The translations under genes were made by a program, and so were the position numbers. Source: Planctomycetota bacterium (GTDB lineage: Bacteria; Planctomycetota; J132). Taken from it: a stretch of DNA of 47,926 bases. The DNA is taken from positions 1 through 47,926 of the forward strand of contig RFKQ01000092.1 of NCBI GenBank assembly GCA_003694635.1. The letters run 5' to 3'. Shown piece by piece: positions 7,723 through 17,467 of the stretch. The notes under the pieces were generated by a model. It had not been told where the DNA came from. It did not search any database and saw nothing but the letters and a program-made list of their open reading frames with translations. Each line of letters begins with the position of its first letter. Position 1 is the first letter of the stretch.

Positions 7723-9189
7723 ATGTCGCAGAGTAGTTCGGGAGGTGTACTGCTTCTTTACACGGGTGGTAGTACCACTTGTTGGGGGGATGATCGTTAT
7801 GATCCGAATAGTCCGCTTGTATCGGCGCCTTGGTCTGTTTTTGAGCGTGAGGTACATTGTTTGAAGGTGATGCGGGAGAAGTTTCCGATTGATTGTTATG
7901 CGTTTTCCCAGCCGTTGGATTCGACGGACATTCAGCCGGGGCATTGGGTGGAGATGGTGGAGGTAATTGAGCGGCATTATGATCGCTATGAAGGTTTTGT
8001 GATTTTGCATGGTACGGACACGATGGCGTTTACGGCGGCAGCGCTTTCGTTTATGTTGGAGAATTTGGGCAAGCCGGTGGTATTGACGGGTTCGCAGTTG
8101 CCGATATTGGGCAATCCTCGCAACGATGGGGAGCAGAATTTGATCACGGCGCTGTTGATAGCCAATCCATCTTATTCGGGTTTGCCGGTTATTCCGGAGG
8201 TTTGTATTTACTTTGGGGGGAAGTTATTGCGTGGCAATCGGGCGCGGAAGTTGAGCAGTAAGAATTTTGATGCTTTTCATTCGCCCAATTATCCGTTGTT
8301 AGGGACGGCGGGGGATAGGATTCGGATTGAGGAGAGTCTTTTGTGTTGTTCGGAGGGTTTGGATTTTCGGACGAAGAGGTCTCTTTGCACAGATGTGATT
8401 AGCCTTCAGATTTTTCCTGGTATTCAGAACAGTGATTTGATGGAGCGGTTGCTTCATTTACCTCGTTTACGGGGGATTGTTTTGAACACGTATGGGGCGG
8501 GGAATGCTCCGACGGATGTATCGTTTTTGCAGGCGATAGAGCGTGCTCGGGAGAAGGGAGTGATTTTGCTCAATGTTTCTCAGTGTATAGAGGGGATGGT
8601 GGAGTTGGGGGTATATGAGACGAGTGTGAGTTTATTGGAGCGTGGGGTATTGAGTGGTTTTGATATTACTCCGGAGGCGGCGTTATGCAAGTTGATGGTG
8701 TTATTGGGGGAGGAGGATTTGAGCACGGAGGAGGTAGCGGGGTTAGTGCAGAGGAATTTGGCGGGGGAGCAGAGTTATAGTCTTTACAGTGTTGTTTATG
8801 ATTTGGGGTTAGTGTCTTTGGGTGGGGAGGAGAATCGTTATCGTTTTCCTGGTCGGGAGTTGGGGGGGCATTTTCGTTCTTCGGAGGTGGAGAGGGTGGT
8901 ATTGCGTTTGAGGGGTGGGGTGGTAGAGGCGGCGGAGTCGCCGTTAGAGGTTCGGATATTTTTTAATTTATCTCGGGAGGATCCGTTGGACGAGGCTCGG
9001 TCTAGTTTTTTGGGTAGGTTTTATCGTCAGGTTTCGTCTGTTCCGCGGACGTTATCGTTTGATTTAACTTCGGCTCTTCGGGGAAGGGTCTTTTCAGGTG
9101 TACGTTTATCGTTTACTGTGGCGATATCTTCTGGTGGTGGGAGGTTAAGTTGGAGGCAGGCGGAGTTATCGGTTTATGTTCGTGAGTAA
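7723..9189 (+). CDS. ansA: Type I L-asparaginase with a C-terminal extension of about 135 aa
   Basis: LYTGGS, LDSTDI, HGTDTMAFTA, KPVVLTGSQLP, RGNRARK, AFHSPNYP, TYGAGN, DITPEAALCKL. Confidence 0.85.
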   Translation: MSQSSSGGVLLLYTGGSTTCWGDDRYDPNSPLVSAPWSVFEREVHCLKVMREKFPIDCYAFSQPLDSTDIQPGHWVEMVEVIERHYDRYEGFVILHGTDTMAFTAAALSFMLENLGKPVVLTGSQLPILGNPRNDGEQNLITALLIANPSYSGLPVIPEVCIYFGGKLLRGNRARKLSSKNFDAFHSPNYPLLGTAGDRIRIEESLLCCSEGLDFRTKRSLCTDVISLQIFPGIQNSDLMERLLHLPRLRGIVLNTYGAGNAPTDVSFLQAIERAREKGVILLNVSQCIEGMVELGVYETSVSLLERGVLSGFDITPEAALCKLMVLLGEEDLSTEEVAGLVQRNLAGEQSYSLYSVVYDLGLVSLGGEENRYRFPGRELGGHFRSSEVERVVLRLRGGVVEAAESPLEVRIFFNLSREDPLDEARSSFLGRFYRQVSSVPRTLSFDLTSALRGRVFSGVRLSFTVAISSGGGRLSWRQAELSVYVRE

Positions 9190-9201
9190 GGAGTGTTTAG
9201 A

Positions 9202-9618
9202 ATGTCTGAGGTTTTGGAGCGTTCGGGCGGGGTAGTTCTTTTTCGGCGTGAGGGGGGTGAGGTTTGTTTTTTGCTTTTAAAGAGTCGAGCGCATGGGGAG
9301 TGGGGTTTTCCCAAGGGTCATTTGGAGGTAGGGGAGGATTTCCGAGCGGCGGCGTTGCGGGAGTTGCGGGAGGAGACGGGGATAGAGGGAGTCCGATTTT
9401 TAGGGCCTTTGGGGGAGCTTTCGTATCCTGTTGGGGGGCGGCAGAAGAGGGTGGTTTACTATTTAGCGGAGGTATTGGATGGTGGGGAGGTGGTTCTTTC
9501 TTCCGAGCATACGGCGTATTGTTGGGCATCTGGGGAGGAGGTGTTGCGGTTGGTACCTCACGAGAATTTACGGGTGCTTTTCCAACGTTTATGGAGGGAG
9601 TTAGAGGCGGGGGCTTAG
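9202..9618 (+). CDS. NUDIX hydrolase (Ap4A hydrolase-like)
   Basis: WGFPKGHLEVGEDFRAAALRELREETG Nudix box and LSSEH motif. Confidence 0.9.
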   Translation: MSEVLERSGGVVLFRREGGEVCFLLLKSRAHGEWGFPKGHLEVGEDFRAAALRELREETGIEGVRFLGPLGELSYPVGGRQKRVVYYLAEVLDGGEVVLSSEHTAYCWASGEEVLRLVPHENLRVLFQRLWRELEAGA

Positions 9619-10568
9619 GATTTTTTGGTGAGTCGGAGGGTGTAGAGGGTGTTTTGGAGGTCGTTTGGTAGTGGTGCGGTGAAGAGGAAGTTTTTCCCTT
9701 GCCACTGGAATTGGATGCGGTGGGCGTGTAGGGCTAGTCGAGAGAGGAGGGTTTGTTTTTTCCAGCTAAAGGTCTTTCGCCGTCCGTAGAGGGGGTCGCA
9801 GAGGATAGGGAAGCCGAGGTGTTGGAGGTGCACTCGGATTTGGTGGGTTCGGCCGGTATGAGGGTGGACTTGGAGGAGGGAGAGTTTTGGGGTGATGTGG
9901 GGGAAGGTTTCGAGGGTTTGGTAGTAGGTGAGGGAGGGTTTTCCTTTTTGGTCGTAGCGGATGGTCATTTTTTGGTGATTTCGTGGATTTCTTCCGATGG
10001 GGTCAGAGATTTTACCGGTTGGGGGGGAGGGGATACCTTCGCAGAGGGCGAGATATTCTTTGAGGATTTGTCGTTGTTGGAAGAGTTGGGAGAGGGCTTG
10101 ATGAGCGGAGGGTGTTTTGGCGGCGAGGATGACGCCGGAGGTATCTTTATCTAATCGGTGCACGATTCCCCATTTGTTGGGGTCATCGGTGGGTGCGAGG
10201 TTTGGGGTGTACCCTAGGAGGGCGTTGACGAGGGTACCGTGGTGGTTTCCGTGGCCTGGGTGGACGACCATGCCTGGGGGTTTGTGGATAGCGAGGAGAT
10301 GTTGGTCTTCGTAGAGGATATTGAGGGGGATATTTTCGGGAGAGGGTGGCGTTGATTGATTGGGTGAGGTGTTGGGGAGTTGGAGTTGTAGGGTTTCACC
10401 TGGTTTGAGTTTATAGCTAGGTTTGATGATTTTATTTTGGACGGTAGCGTGGCCGTTTTTGATGAGTTTTGCGAGGTAAGAGCGGGAGAGGTGGGGGAGT
10501 TGTTGGGCGAGGAAGGTATCGGCCCGTTGGGTTTGGGTACTGATAAAGGAGAGTTTTTTTTTATCCAT
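9615..10568 (-). CDS. rluD: RluA-family pseudouridine synthase with S4 domain (RluD-like)
   Basis: S4 domain (RADTFLA...SRSYLAKLIKNG), ILYED, KPPGMVVHPG, GIVHRLDKDTSG, TGRTHQIRVH, ALHA. The start is ATG 10568 or TTG 10610. Confidence 0.9.
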   Translation of the reverse strand: MDKKKLSFISTQTQRADTFLAQQLPHLSRSYLAKLIKNGHATVQNKIIKPSYKLKPGETLQLQLPNTSPNQSTPPSPENIPLNILYEDQHLLAIHKPPGMVVHPGHGNHHGTLVNALLGYTPNLAPTDDPNKWGIVHRLDKDTSGVILAAKTPSAHQALSQLFQQRQILKEYLALCEGIPSPPTGKISDPIGRNPRNHQKMTIRYDQKGKPSLTYYQTLETFPHITPKLSLLQVHPHTGRTHQIRVHLQHLGFPILCDPLYGRRKTFSWKKQTLLSRLALHAHRIQFQWQGKNFLFTAPLPNDLQNTLYTLRLTKKS

Positions 10569-10642
10569 GGGATTTTGGGGTTTTGGAGAAGTAGGAAATT
10601 TTATTTCCAACTGGAGTCTTGGGGCAGTTCTTGTGCACCCCT

Positions 10643-11290
10643 CTACTTTTCCACCAACAAATAAGTCTGCGCGGAAAGAAAAGGACGAGTAGGGAAAATC
10701 TTAACTATCCTAAGATTTGCGCCCTCCAGATCCTCGCGCATCCGGTGCAAAGATATTGGCACTCTATCGCGCAAATCCGCACAGCCAAAACAGCGCCTCA
10801 AAAAAAAACGAAATCCAGAAAAGGAAAAAGACCAAAAAAAAGAAAAAATCACATACCTCTGGCTAACCCTTGCCAACTCCAAAAGCGCCCTTCTTCTCGT
10901 GGATGCTTGAGTAAAATGGTGAAAAAGCCTGTTGCAAACAATTAACGGAAAGCTTTCGGAAGGATAACTCAAAGAAAAGATATCCTCCACTTCCCAGCGA
11001 ATCAGAGAAGAAGAAGTAGACACTCTTTTTGCCATTTCAATCATAGCAGGCGAATAGTCCGCCGCAATAACCCGATAGCCCAGATCGGCCAGAAAATAAC
11101 TGATCCGGCCCGTCCCGCAGGGTATATCCAGAATCGCAGCTCCCGGCAGGAGCGAAATGTATTCCATCGCCCTTTGGATACATCTCTTCTCCCTACGATC
11201 TCTAGCTGAGCCAACCAACTTTTGGCTGTATTGCTTCGCCGCCTGGGGTGAGAAAAAGCGATCCTTGCAGAGCTCTTCATCTAAACTCAT
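10643..11290 (-). CDS. Class I SAM-dependent methyltransferase
   Basis: ILDIPCGTGR, AADYSPAMIEMA, DIFSLSYPSESF, RLFHH, ELARVS. Confidence 0.9.
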   Translation of the reverse strand: MSLDEELCKDRFFSPQAAKQYSQKLVGSARDRREKRCIQRAMEYISLLPGAAILDIPCGTGRISYFLADLGYRVIAADYSPAMIEMAKRVSTSSSLIRWEVEDIFSLSYPSESFPLIVCNRLFHHFTQASTRRRALLELARVSQRYVIFSFFWSFSFSGFRFFLRRCFGCADLRDRVPISLHRMREDLEGANLRIVKIFPTRPFLSAQTYLLVEK

Positions 11291-11307
11291 TCCACTGTAC
11301 CTACCAA

Positions 11308-12003
11308 CTATTTTTTCCAGCTCAACTCAAACCTCAATCGCATATCCCCTTGGGAAGTAGGAGAAAAACCAAATTTTTGGACAAAAAACCGCGGGAAATA
11401 TTTTTTGAGCTGAAAAGGAGTACGCTGCAAAAGGGGGAGAAAAGGAATGGGAATTTGCTTCTGAATCCGAGAGAGCTTGAATCTGAGAAATTGAAGAGGA
11501 TTGATATTGGGGCGAGCTACACCGTGCTCCAAAACCAAACAAAGTGAAAACGGCCCTTGTATAAGGTTTTTTTTGCTATCCCAAACCAGATACGCCCTCC
11601 CCGAAGCCCACACCGTCGCCACATCCTTAAAACCATCGTCCACAAAACCCGCCTTGGTTTTAAATCCACGCCAGCGGATCTTCCACGTGCGCCGATCGGC
11701 GCGGATATGTATGAGCGCACTCCATTTCAACTGATTGGATTCAATATTTAGAGTAAGTCTTTCTAAAATAGGACGAAGATTGTGGTACTTAAAACGCAAA
11801 ATTTGGAAATCTCGAAAGGCTTTCTTTTTTTGAAGCTCTTGGCGCAGTAGAGAAAATAAACGATTTTCCAACTCCTTTTTGCCTATCGTTGCCTGACCAT
11901 AAATCAAAAAACCTCCTTTCGTCCTCTTATATAAAAGATAATCCAACGTGGAGGCCTGAACAGTCCCCCAGAGAAAAAGAAAACAAAATACGCCAACTCT
12001 CAT
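11308..12003 (-). CDS. Hypothetical exported protein
   Basis: RBS AGGAG before ATG 12003; signal-peptide-like MRVGVFCFLFLWGTVQA; no family recognised. Confidence 0.6.
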   Translation of the reverse strand: MRVGVFCFLFLWGTVQASTLDYLLYKRTKGGFLIYGQATIGKKELENRLFSLLRQELQKKKAFRDFQILRFKYHNLRPILERLTLNIESNQLKWSALIHIRADRRTWKIRWRGFKTKAGFVDDGFKDVATVWASGRAYLVWDSKKNLIQGPFSLCLVLEHGVARPNINPLQFLRFKLSRIQKQIPIPFLPLLQRTPFQLKKYFPRFFVQKFGFSPTSQGDMRLRFELSWKK

Positions 12004-12123
12004 CTTTGCTCTCCTTAAAAACAGGTTCTTCAAATACCTCTAGGAGTGTACGGAACGAAAACCAACCACAACACTTCTATCCTACCAATTTATTCGCCAG
12101 ATAGAGAGTTAGATGACAAAAAA

Positions 12124-12915
12124 TTATTTCTTTCTCTTTTCGATTTTTAGAGGTAAAATTATCAGAATTCCTCTCTTCAGCCCATAAAGCTCGGAATGAG
12201 ACCACTCAATAGCAGAAGAAATTTGATAAAATGATGTGGAGTTTTTTACAATGGGTTGAATAGAAACATCTAAGGGATTTTTCTCCAACATCCAAGCTAA
12301 CAAGACCTTAGAAGCCTGATAAATCGTTTTCATTCGTTTGATATTTGTAAGCTGGAAGTATTTATCTCGATAGCTAAAAAAAGAAATGTGTAGCTTGTCC
12401 AGCTCTCGCTCGGATTCAGAGGTAAAGACCAGATATTTCCCCTGCATTGTCATAAGATATTTTTCCCGAACACCACGGACCTTCATATACGGCTTATCCT
12501 TAAAGGAAATCAATATCTCGCCGCTGACTATAAATCGAATTTTGGTAGGGTCCTTCTTTAAGGGCTCAATATGGAGGCGAATTCCCTGGAAATTCTTTTG
12601 CTTTTTGGGTAAAAAATAAACAGTCAAATAAAAAACGGACAGAGGAAGTTGAATGAGGTCCTTAAATTTTTGCTGAATGAGAGTATAGGAAATAAAAATG
12701 CTCAAACACGGACGTAAAGAGGAATTTTGGAAAACCTTTCTCTTTTGATAAAATGCACTCCACATATCCTGATCGGTGATCCTCATTTTGGAGATTAGCT
12801 CTTGCACAAAAGGGGGAATGCTGGATGGCTTTTGCTTTTTGGGGGAAGGGTTTTGAGCAAAAAGTAATTGGATATAGAAGAAAAAACAAACTATAAAGCC
12901 AATTTTGATTTTCAT
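12124..12915 (-). CDS. Hypothetical exported protein
   Basis: RBS GAGGAG before ATG 12915; signal-peptide-like MKIKIGFIVCFFFYIQLLFAQ. Confidence 0.6.
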   Translation of the reverse strand: MKIKIGFIVCFFFYIQLLFAQNPSPKKQKPSSIPPFVQELISKMRITDQDMWSAFYQKRKVFQNSSLRPCLSIFISYTLIQQKFKDLIQLPLSVFYLTVYFLPKKQKNFQGIRLHIEPLKKDPTKIRFIVSGEILISFKDKPYMKVRGVREKYLMTMQGKYLVFTSESERELDKLHISFFSYRDKYFQLTNIKRMKTIYQASKVLLAWMLEKNPLDVSIQPIVKNSTSFYQISSAIEWSHSELYGLKRGILIILPLKIEKRKK

Positions 12916-13087
12916 TTTCCACTCCTCAAAACACCGAAATTGTAGAATCCTTCTTAAAAATTTTAACACTTGCAAAAAAATGGCAATCCTTTCGTCTACT
13001 TAAAAAAGTTCACAAAGCATGAATTCCATTTCCACATTTCTTCTTAGCTTGGTCTTGCTAGCCATCTAACGAGAAAGGGAAAGTCCC

Positions 13088-14350
13088 ATGAGAGAAAAAA
13101 CTTCTCATTCCAAATCTGAAGTTTACAAAGAATACTTAAGCCTGACCACGGGGAAGTGGAATTTTTGGGAATTCGCCTTTGTGGATACCCTCCAAGAAAT
13201 CCAAAATCAAACACCTGATCAAGCTCAAAAAGCCCTAGAAGCTCTCTGCTATGATCTACAGCAGCTCAGCCGCAACTCCTTTCGCAAAATGCTTCAGAAT
13301 GTAAAACTATTCGCCAACAATGAAAATGACCTAGAAGAAAGTTCCTTGGCCAATGACCGCAAAGTTCTGGAAACCTTTGATCAAAAGATCACCTCCCTAC
13401 TCTCCAGCTACTCTTCCTCTTTGCAACCTCTACATTCCCAGAATATGGGTAAAGCCACTCTCACCTTAAATCTAGAAAAAATGCAAAATAATATTTTGAA
13501 TGACTTAAAAAACGCTTTTACCGAAAGCCTCTTCCAGCTAGGAATACAGGATAAAAACATCCAAGAACGCTGCTATGAATACTTTCTTGCCAAAGGCGGA
13601 ATCGCTTTCAGAAACAAAACTCTGGAAAAAATCTTAAATCGAAATACCGAAATCTTTCAAAAAATTTTCTACTATATTTTCTTGAAAATCGCCGCTATCC
13701 CTCAAGAGGGATGGCAAGATATTTACGAAGAGTTTTATCAAGAATTTTACACCTACTTTCTAAAACATAGAAAAAAGATATTCCGGAATTTTAACCCAAA
13801 TACCTCTTCTTTTTCCACCTATTTAAATGGAATCTTCCGAAACGTTTCCCGAGATTATATCAAAAATACCCTAAAAAACAAAACGTCCAGCCTGTCTTTA
13901 GAAACTCTTCTATCCACCTATATCAACTCCTCCCATACAGCGCATGTAAACACCATCTCCAACGATCTAGAAAATGATGAGAAAAAAATAATATCCCAAG
14001 ATATTCTGAGAAAATTTCAAAAATCCTACCAAAACTACTGCAAAGAAAAAAAACTAGACAAATACTACGATATCCTTTTTAAATATTGGCTCCCGTTTGC
14101 CCTCAAATCCCTTTCCACAAAAAAGGTTAAGAGCGAAATTATCGATGAAATCGCTACCTATTTAAACTTAAAACCCAACTGTAAAAAAGACCGCAATACT
14201 GCTTCTCAAAACCTGAAGCGGGCCAAGAAACACGCCAAAAATTATCTAAAACAGTACGCGATCACCCAACTCCTTGATACAGAGGAAAAAGCGTATTTGG
14301 AAGAAATTCTAAATTTTGGAGAAAAAGTAGACGAATCAAAGCGGAAATGA
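13088..14350 (+). CDS. Large sigma70/ECF-like protein with a long N-terminal extension
   Basis: Region-2-like EEFYQEFYTYFL...FRNFNPNTSSFSTYLNGIFRNVSRDYIK; C-terminal HTH-like DEIATYLNLK...NTASQNLKRAKK. Confidence 0.6.
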   Translation: MREKTSHSKSEVYKEYLSLTTGKWNFWEFAFVDTLQEIQNQTPDQAQKALEALCYDLQQLSRNSFRKMLQNVKLFANNENDLEESSLANDRKVLETFDQKITSLLSSYSSSLQPLHSQNMGKATLTLNLEKMQNNILNDLKNAFTESLFQLGIQDKNIQERCYEYFLAKGGIAFRNKTLEKILNRNTEIFQKIFYYIFLKIAAIPQEGWQDIYEEFYQEFYTYFLKHRKKIFRNFNPNTSSFSTYLNGIFRNVSRDYIKNTLKNKTSSLSLETLLSTYINSSHTAHVNTISNDLENDEKKIISQDILRKFQKSYQNYCKEKKLDKYYDILFKYWLPFALKSLSTKKVKSEIIDEIATYLNLKPNCKKDRNTASQNLKRAKKHAKNYLKQYAITQLLDTEEKAYLEEILNFGEKVDESKRK

Positions 14351-14400
14351 TAAAATATCGCAAATAAAACCTTGAAAAAGAAAACATTAGAAAAAAGCGC

Positions 14401-16452
14401 ATGATTCCGTCTGACTGCTCCTTTCAACCCTTCTCCTCCCAACTATTCTCCTCCCACTTGCTAGAGATATATAAAAAAGCCGCCCAAAAAGTCGAAATAC
14501 AAACCCATTGGGCCAAAGGCGGAGAAGGAGTCATCGACTTTATCCGAGAAGGGCAACTCCTCCTAGCATTGAAAAAAACCTACTCTCCCCCCCCTTCCCT
14601 CTCTAGCCCCGATTTCTCCTGCCTCTCTCAACACGCCCACATTATCCCCATTTACCACATCAAACAAACCACAGATATGTCTATCATGATAATGCCGTTC
14701 CGCGCTTGGGACCTAGAAGGCCTGCTAAACGCTCTGTATAACCAAACCAAAGCGAAAGATACTCTACCTCCCTACCTGAAAAAACTCTCCCCCACCCAAT
14801 CCTATCCTATCCACCTAAGCGATGTGAAACAAATTGCCTCTGAACGAGAGACAATCTTAAAAGAAGCCCAACAAAACCCTCTCTGGTTATTTCAACGCTA
14901 TAGTGAACTGGTGGAAGCGGTCCATTACCTGCATCAAAAAGGATATGTACACCTCGACATTAAGCCTGGCAACGTCTTGCTCAGCTCCTCCTCAGCCTTC
15001 CTAACAGACTTTGGGCTTACAAAAACCGTAGGAACACCTCTCCTTATCCAAGGAAGTAAGCTCTATGCCTCGCCCCAATTGCTCTCACTTTCCAAAACTG
15101 AATTCTCCCTCGATCTCTACGCCCTAGGAATGATCCTACTCAAGATCATCTCCACCTTGCTCCACCAACCCTTTCTTCCCTACCAAGGCATCACCGAAAA
15201 TGAACTTGCTAAAATCTCCAACTACCGCCTCTCAGAATTTCTAGCGTATATCCAAAATAAACCTATCTCCTTCTGGCAAAGAGGCGCGGTGGCAGAGTTT
15301 TTTTCCAAAACCCTTCCCGCAGCCAAACAAACCAGCCAAAAAGCAGAAGAACAACTCCTCCACATTGCTCAATCATGTCTCCAAACCAACTACAACTCAC
15401 AAAAACTCCAAAACGACCTAGAGCTTTTTCTCAATCTCTTAAAAAATCCTACCTCCCCTCTAACCTTAGAAGATCCGCGGCCCCTTCCCGCCTCTATTTT
15501 CCCTCAACTTCCTACTTTTATATTTTTGGCAACCGCTCTAACAATCCCCAAACTATCTAATCTTTTTCTTCACTCAAAGCTGATACAAAAAACTCTTCAA
15601 AAACCTCCAAAGAATTTAACAGCTCAATCCCTTCTTGTAAAACTTAAAAAAGAAATAAAAAAATCCCAAATTTATTGGAAAAAAGGGCATCTTATCCCCA
15701 CCCACATTCCTCCTACCCTGCTTCAGGACTTTCACAACCTTCCCAATCCCTCTCTCTTATTCTCCTCTTTACTGCGGAAACCGCCTCTGCCGCTGAACAC
15801 GAAACAACTCCAAGCCAACTACACGATTTGGCTGCTCGAGCTTTATCGGCAAGTGAGTGCGCAATCTTTATCGGAGAAAAAAATCAACCTCCAGCAAATC
15901 GCTAAATCTGTTCCAAAACTATTGGAGCGCGCGCAAAACAAACACTGTGCCCTCATTCTGGCTAAATTTCTTTTCTTTCCTCTGCCAAACAGATATTCAG
16001 CCTTTGAGCTTATTCAAAAGTGCTCCAAAGCTCTTTGCAAAAAGTGTAAATCTTTTTTTATGCAATATTGGCTTCCCCTTCTGGAAAGAAAACTAGCAAT
16101 TCTCACTCTCTCTACAAAGGGTATCTTACCTAAACTCAAACAACTCAAAAACAACTCACCTACCGACCTCATCACCATCTCCTATAACCGCTACGCTCTC
16201 TATGCCTCCCTCCACCTCCTCCAAAGAAACCCAAAAGCCAAACAAAATATACAAAAGCTCCTCCCCCTCTTACTCCAGTTCGACGATGCCCTTTTTCAAG
16301 CTCCAAAAAGCGAAAAAAAGTCTATTGCAAAAAAAATATTGAGCAATTTTTGGAAAGAAATTCCAGACTCTACAAAAAATACTTTGCAAATCATCCTGAA
16401 AAATAGGATCTGGGATAACCCCCAACTCGCCCACTTCCTCAACCAATCCTAA
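14401..16452 (+). CDS. Hanks-type Ser/Thr protein kinase with a helical C-terminal region
   Basis: KGGEGVI, ALKK, HIIPIY, HLDIKPGNVLL, TDFGL, GSKLYASPQ, DLYALG. Confidence 0.88.
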   Translation: MIPSDCSFQPFSSQLFSSHLLEIYKKAAQKVEIQTHWAKGGEGVIDFIREGQLLLALKKTYSPPPSLSSPDFSCLSQHAHIIPIYHIKQTTDMSIMIMPFRAWDLEGLLNALYNQTKAKDTLPPYLKKLSPTQSYPIHLSDVKQIASERETILKEAQQNPLWLFQRYSELVEAVHYLHQKGYVHLDIKPGNVLLSSSSAFLTDFGLTKTVGTPLLIQGSKLYASPQLLSLSKTEFSLDLYALGMILLKIISTLLHQPFLPYQGITENELAKISNYRLSEFLAYIQNKPISFWQRGAVAEFFSKTLPAAKQTSQKAEEQLLHIAQSCLQTNYNSQKLQNDLELFLNLLKNPTSPLTLEDPRPLPASIFPQLPTFIFLATALTIPKLSNLFLHSKLIQKTLQKPPKNLTAQSLLVKLKKEIKKSQIYWKKGHLIPTHIPPTLLQDFHNLPNPSLLFSSLLRKPPLPLNTKQLQANYTIWLLELYRQVSAQSLSEKKINLQQIAKSVPKLLERAQNKHCALILAKFLFFPLPNRYSAFELIQKCSKALCKKCKSFFMQYWLPLLERKLAILTLSTKGILPKLKQLKNNSPTDLITISYNRYALYASLHLLQRNPKAKQNIQKLLPLLLQFDDALFQAPKSEKKSIAKKILSNFWKEIPDSTKNTLQIILKNRIWDNPQLAHFLNQS

Positions 16453-16600
16453 ATCCTCCTCAAAACAAATCGCGGAAAGCTCAAAAATCCACCTCTCATC
16501 CCCATAGGTTTTGCACGGCTTGTTTTTTTCTCTATAAGCACTATAATTTAGTTTCTTATCCTCAATCAAAATGCAAAAGTAAACGAAAGCGACTCTTTTC

Positions 16601-17467
16601 ATGTGGAGCGATTCTGTCCAAAAACTGATCTCCCTTGCCCTTCAAGAAGATGACGTAGAGCGCGATATCACCTCCTCCCTCCTCCTCCCTCCTCACGTCT
16701 GGGCAAAAGCCAAAGTGCAAGCCAAACAATCCGGTGTGCTTGCAGGAAATGCACTCCTCAAACCACTCTTCGAAAATACCAGCGTGGTGGGGCAACCCCA
16801 AGCAAACGACGGCGAAAATGTCCACCCTCACCAAATCGTCGCTACGCTGGAGGGAAAATTGTACGAAATTCTAAGCCGAGAAAGAGTCTTTTTGAATTTC
16901 CTTATGCGCCTCTCCGGCATAGCTACTCTCACCCAACAATTTGTCCAACAAGCCGCCCCTTTAGGCATAGAAATCCTCGACACCCGCAAAACCACCCCCG
17001 GACTACGGGAACTCGAAAAATACGCCGTACGCATGGGAGGAGGAAAAAACCAACGCCTTAACCTCTCCCACCAAATCCTGATCAAGGAAAACCATCTCGC
17101 CGCCTTTACCACCCCAAAGGAAGCCTTGAAACAACTCTACCAAAAATTAAAAAAAATGAACCAAAATATCTTTGTGCAAATCGAGGTGGAAAATCTTTTT
17201 GAGCTCCAAAATATTCTCCAGCACCCCCCACACCCCAATGCCGTCCTACTCGACAATATGACGCCCCCGCAAATCAGACAAGCCGTGGAAATCCGCAATC
17301 AATGCGCCAAAAATGTACTCCTAGAAGTCTCCGGCGGCATCCGCCTAGAAAATCTACACCACTACCTCATCCCCGGAATTAACCGCATCTCCATTGGCTC
17401 TCTCACCCACTCCGCAACCGCACTAGATTTCTCTCTGCAAGTGGAGGAAGTCCGTGCAAATGGCTAA
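16601..17467 (+). CDS. nadC: Nicotinate-nucleotide pyrophosphorylase (quinolinate phosphoribosyltransferase)
   Basis: ALQED, DITS, ERVFLNFL, SGIAT, DTRKTTPGLRELEKYAV, IKENH, LLDNM, EVSGGI, ISIGSLTHSA. Confidence 0.96.
   Translation: MWSDSVQKLISLALQEDDVERDITSSLLLPPHVWAKAKVQAKQSGVLAGNALLKPLFENTSVVGQPQANDGENVHPHQIVATLEGKLYEILSRERVFLNFLMRLSGIATLTQQFVQQAAPLGIEILDTRKTTPGLRELEKYAVRMGGGKNQRLNLSHQILIKENHLAAFTTPKEALKQLYQKLKKMNQNIFVQIEVENLFELQNILQHPPHPNAVLLDNMTPPQIRQAVEIRNQCAKNVLLEVSGGIRLENLHHYLIPGINRISIGSLTHSATALDFSLQVEEVRANG

Noticed and set aside
10613-10637. Inverted similarity to 34413-34436 (tgcacaagaactgccccaagactcc versus tgcaacaaggactgcccgaactcc) as inversion endpoints
   Set aside because: Short, needs gaps and mismatches, and the skew does not switch at 34.4 kb; probably chance.
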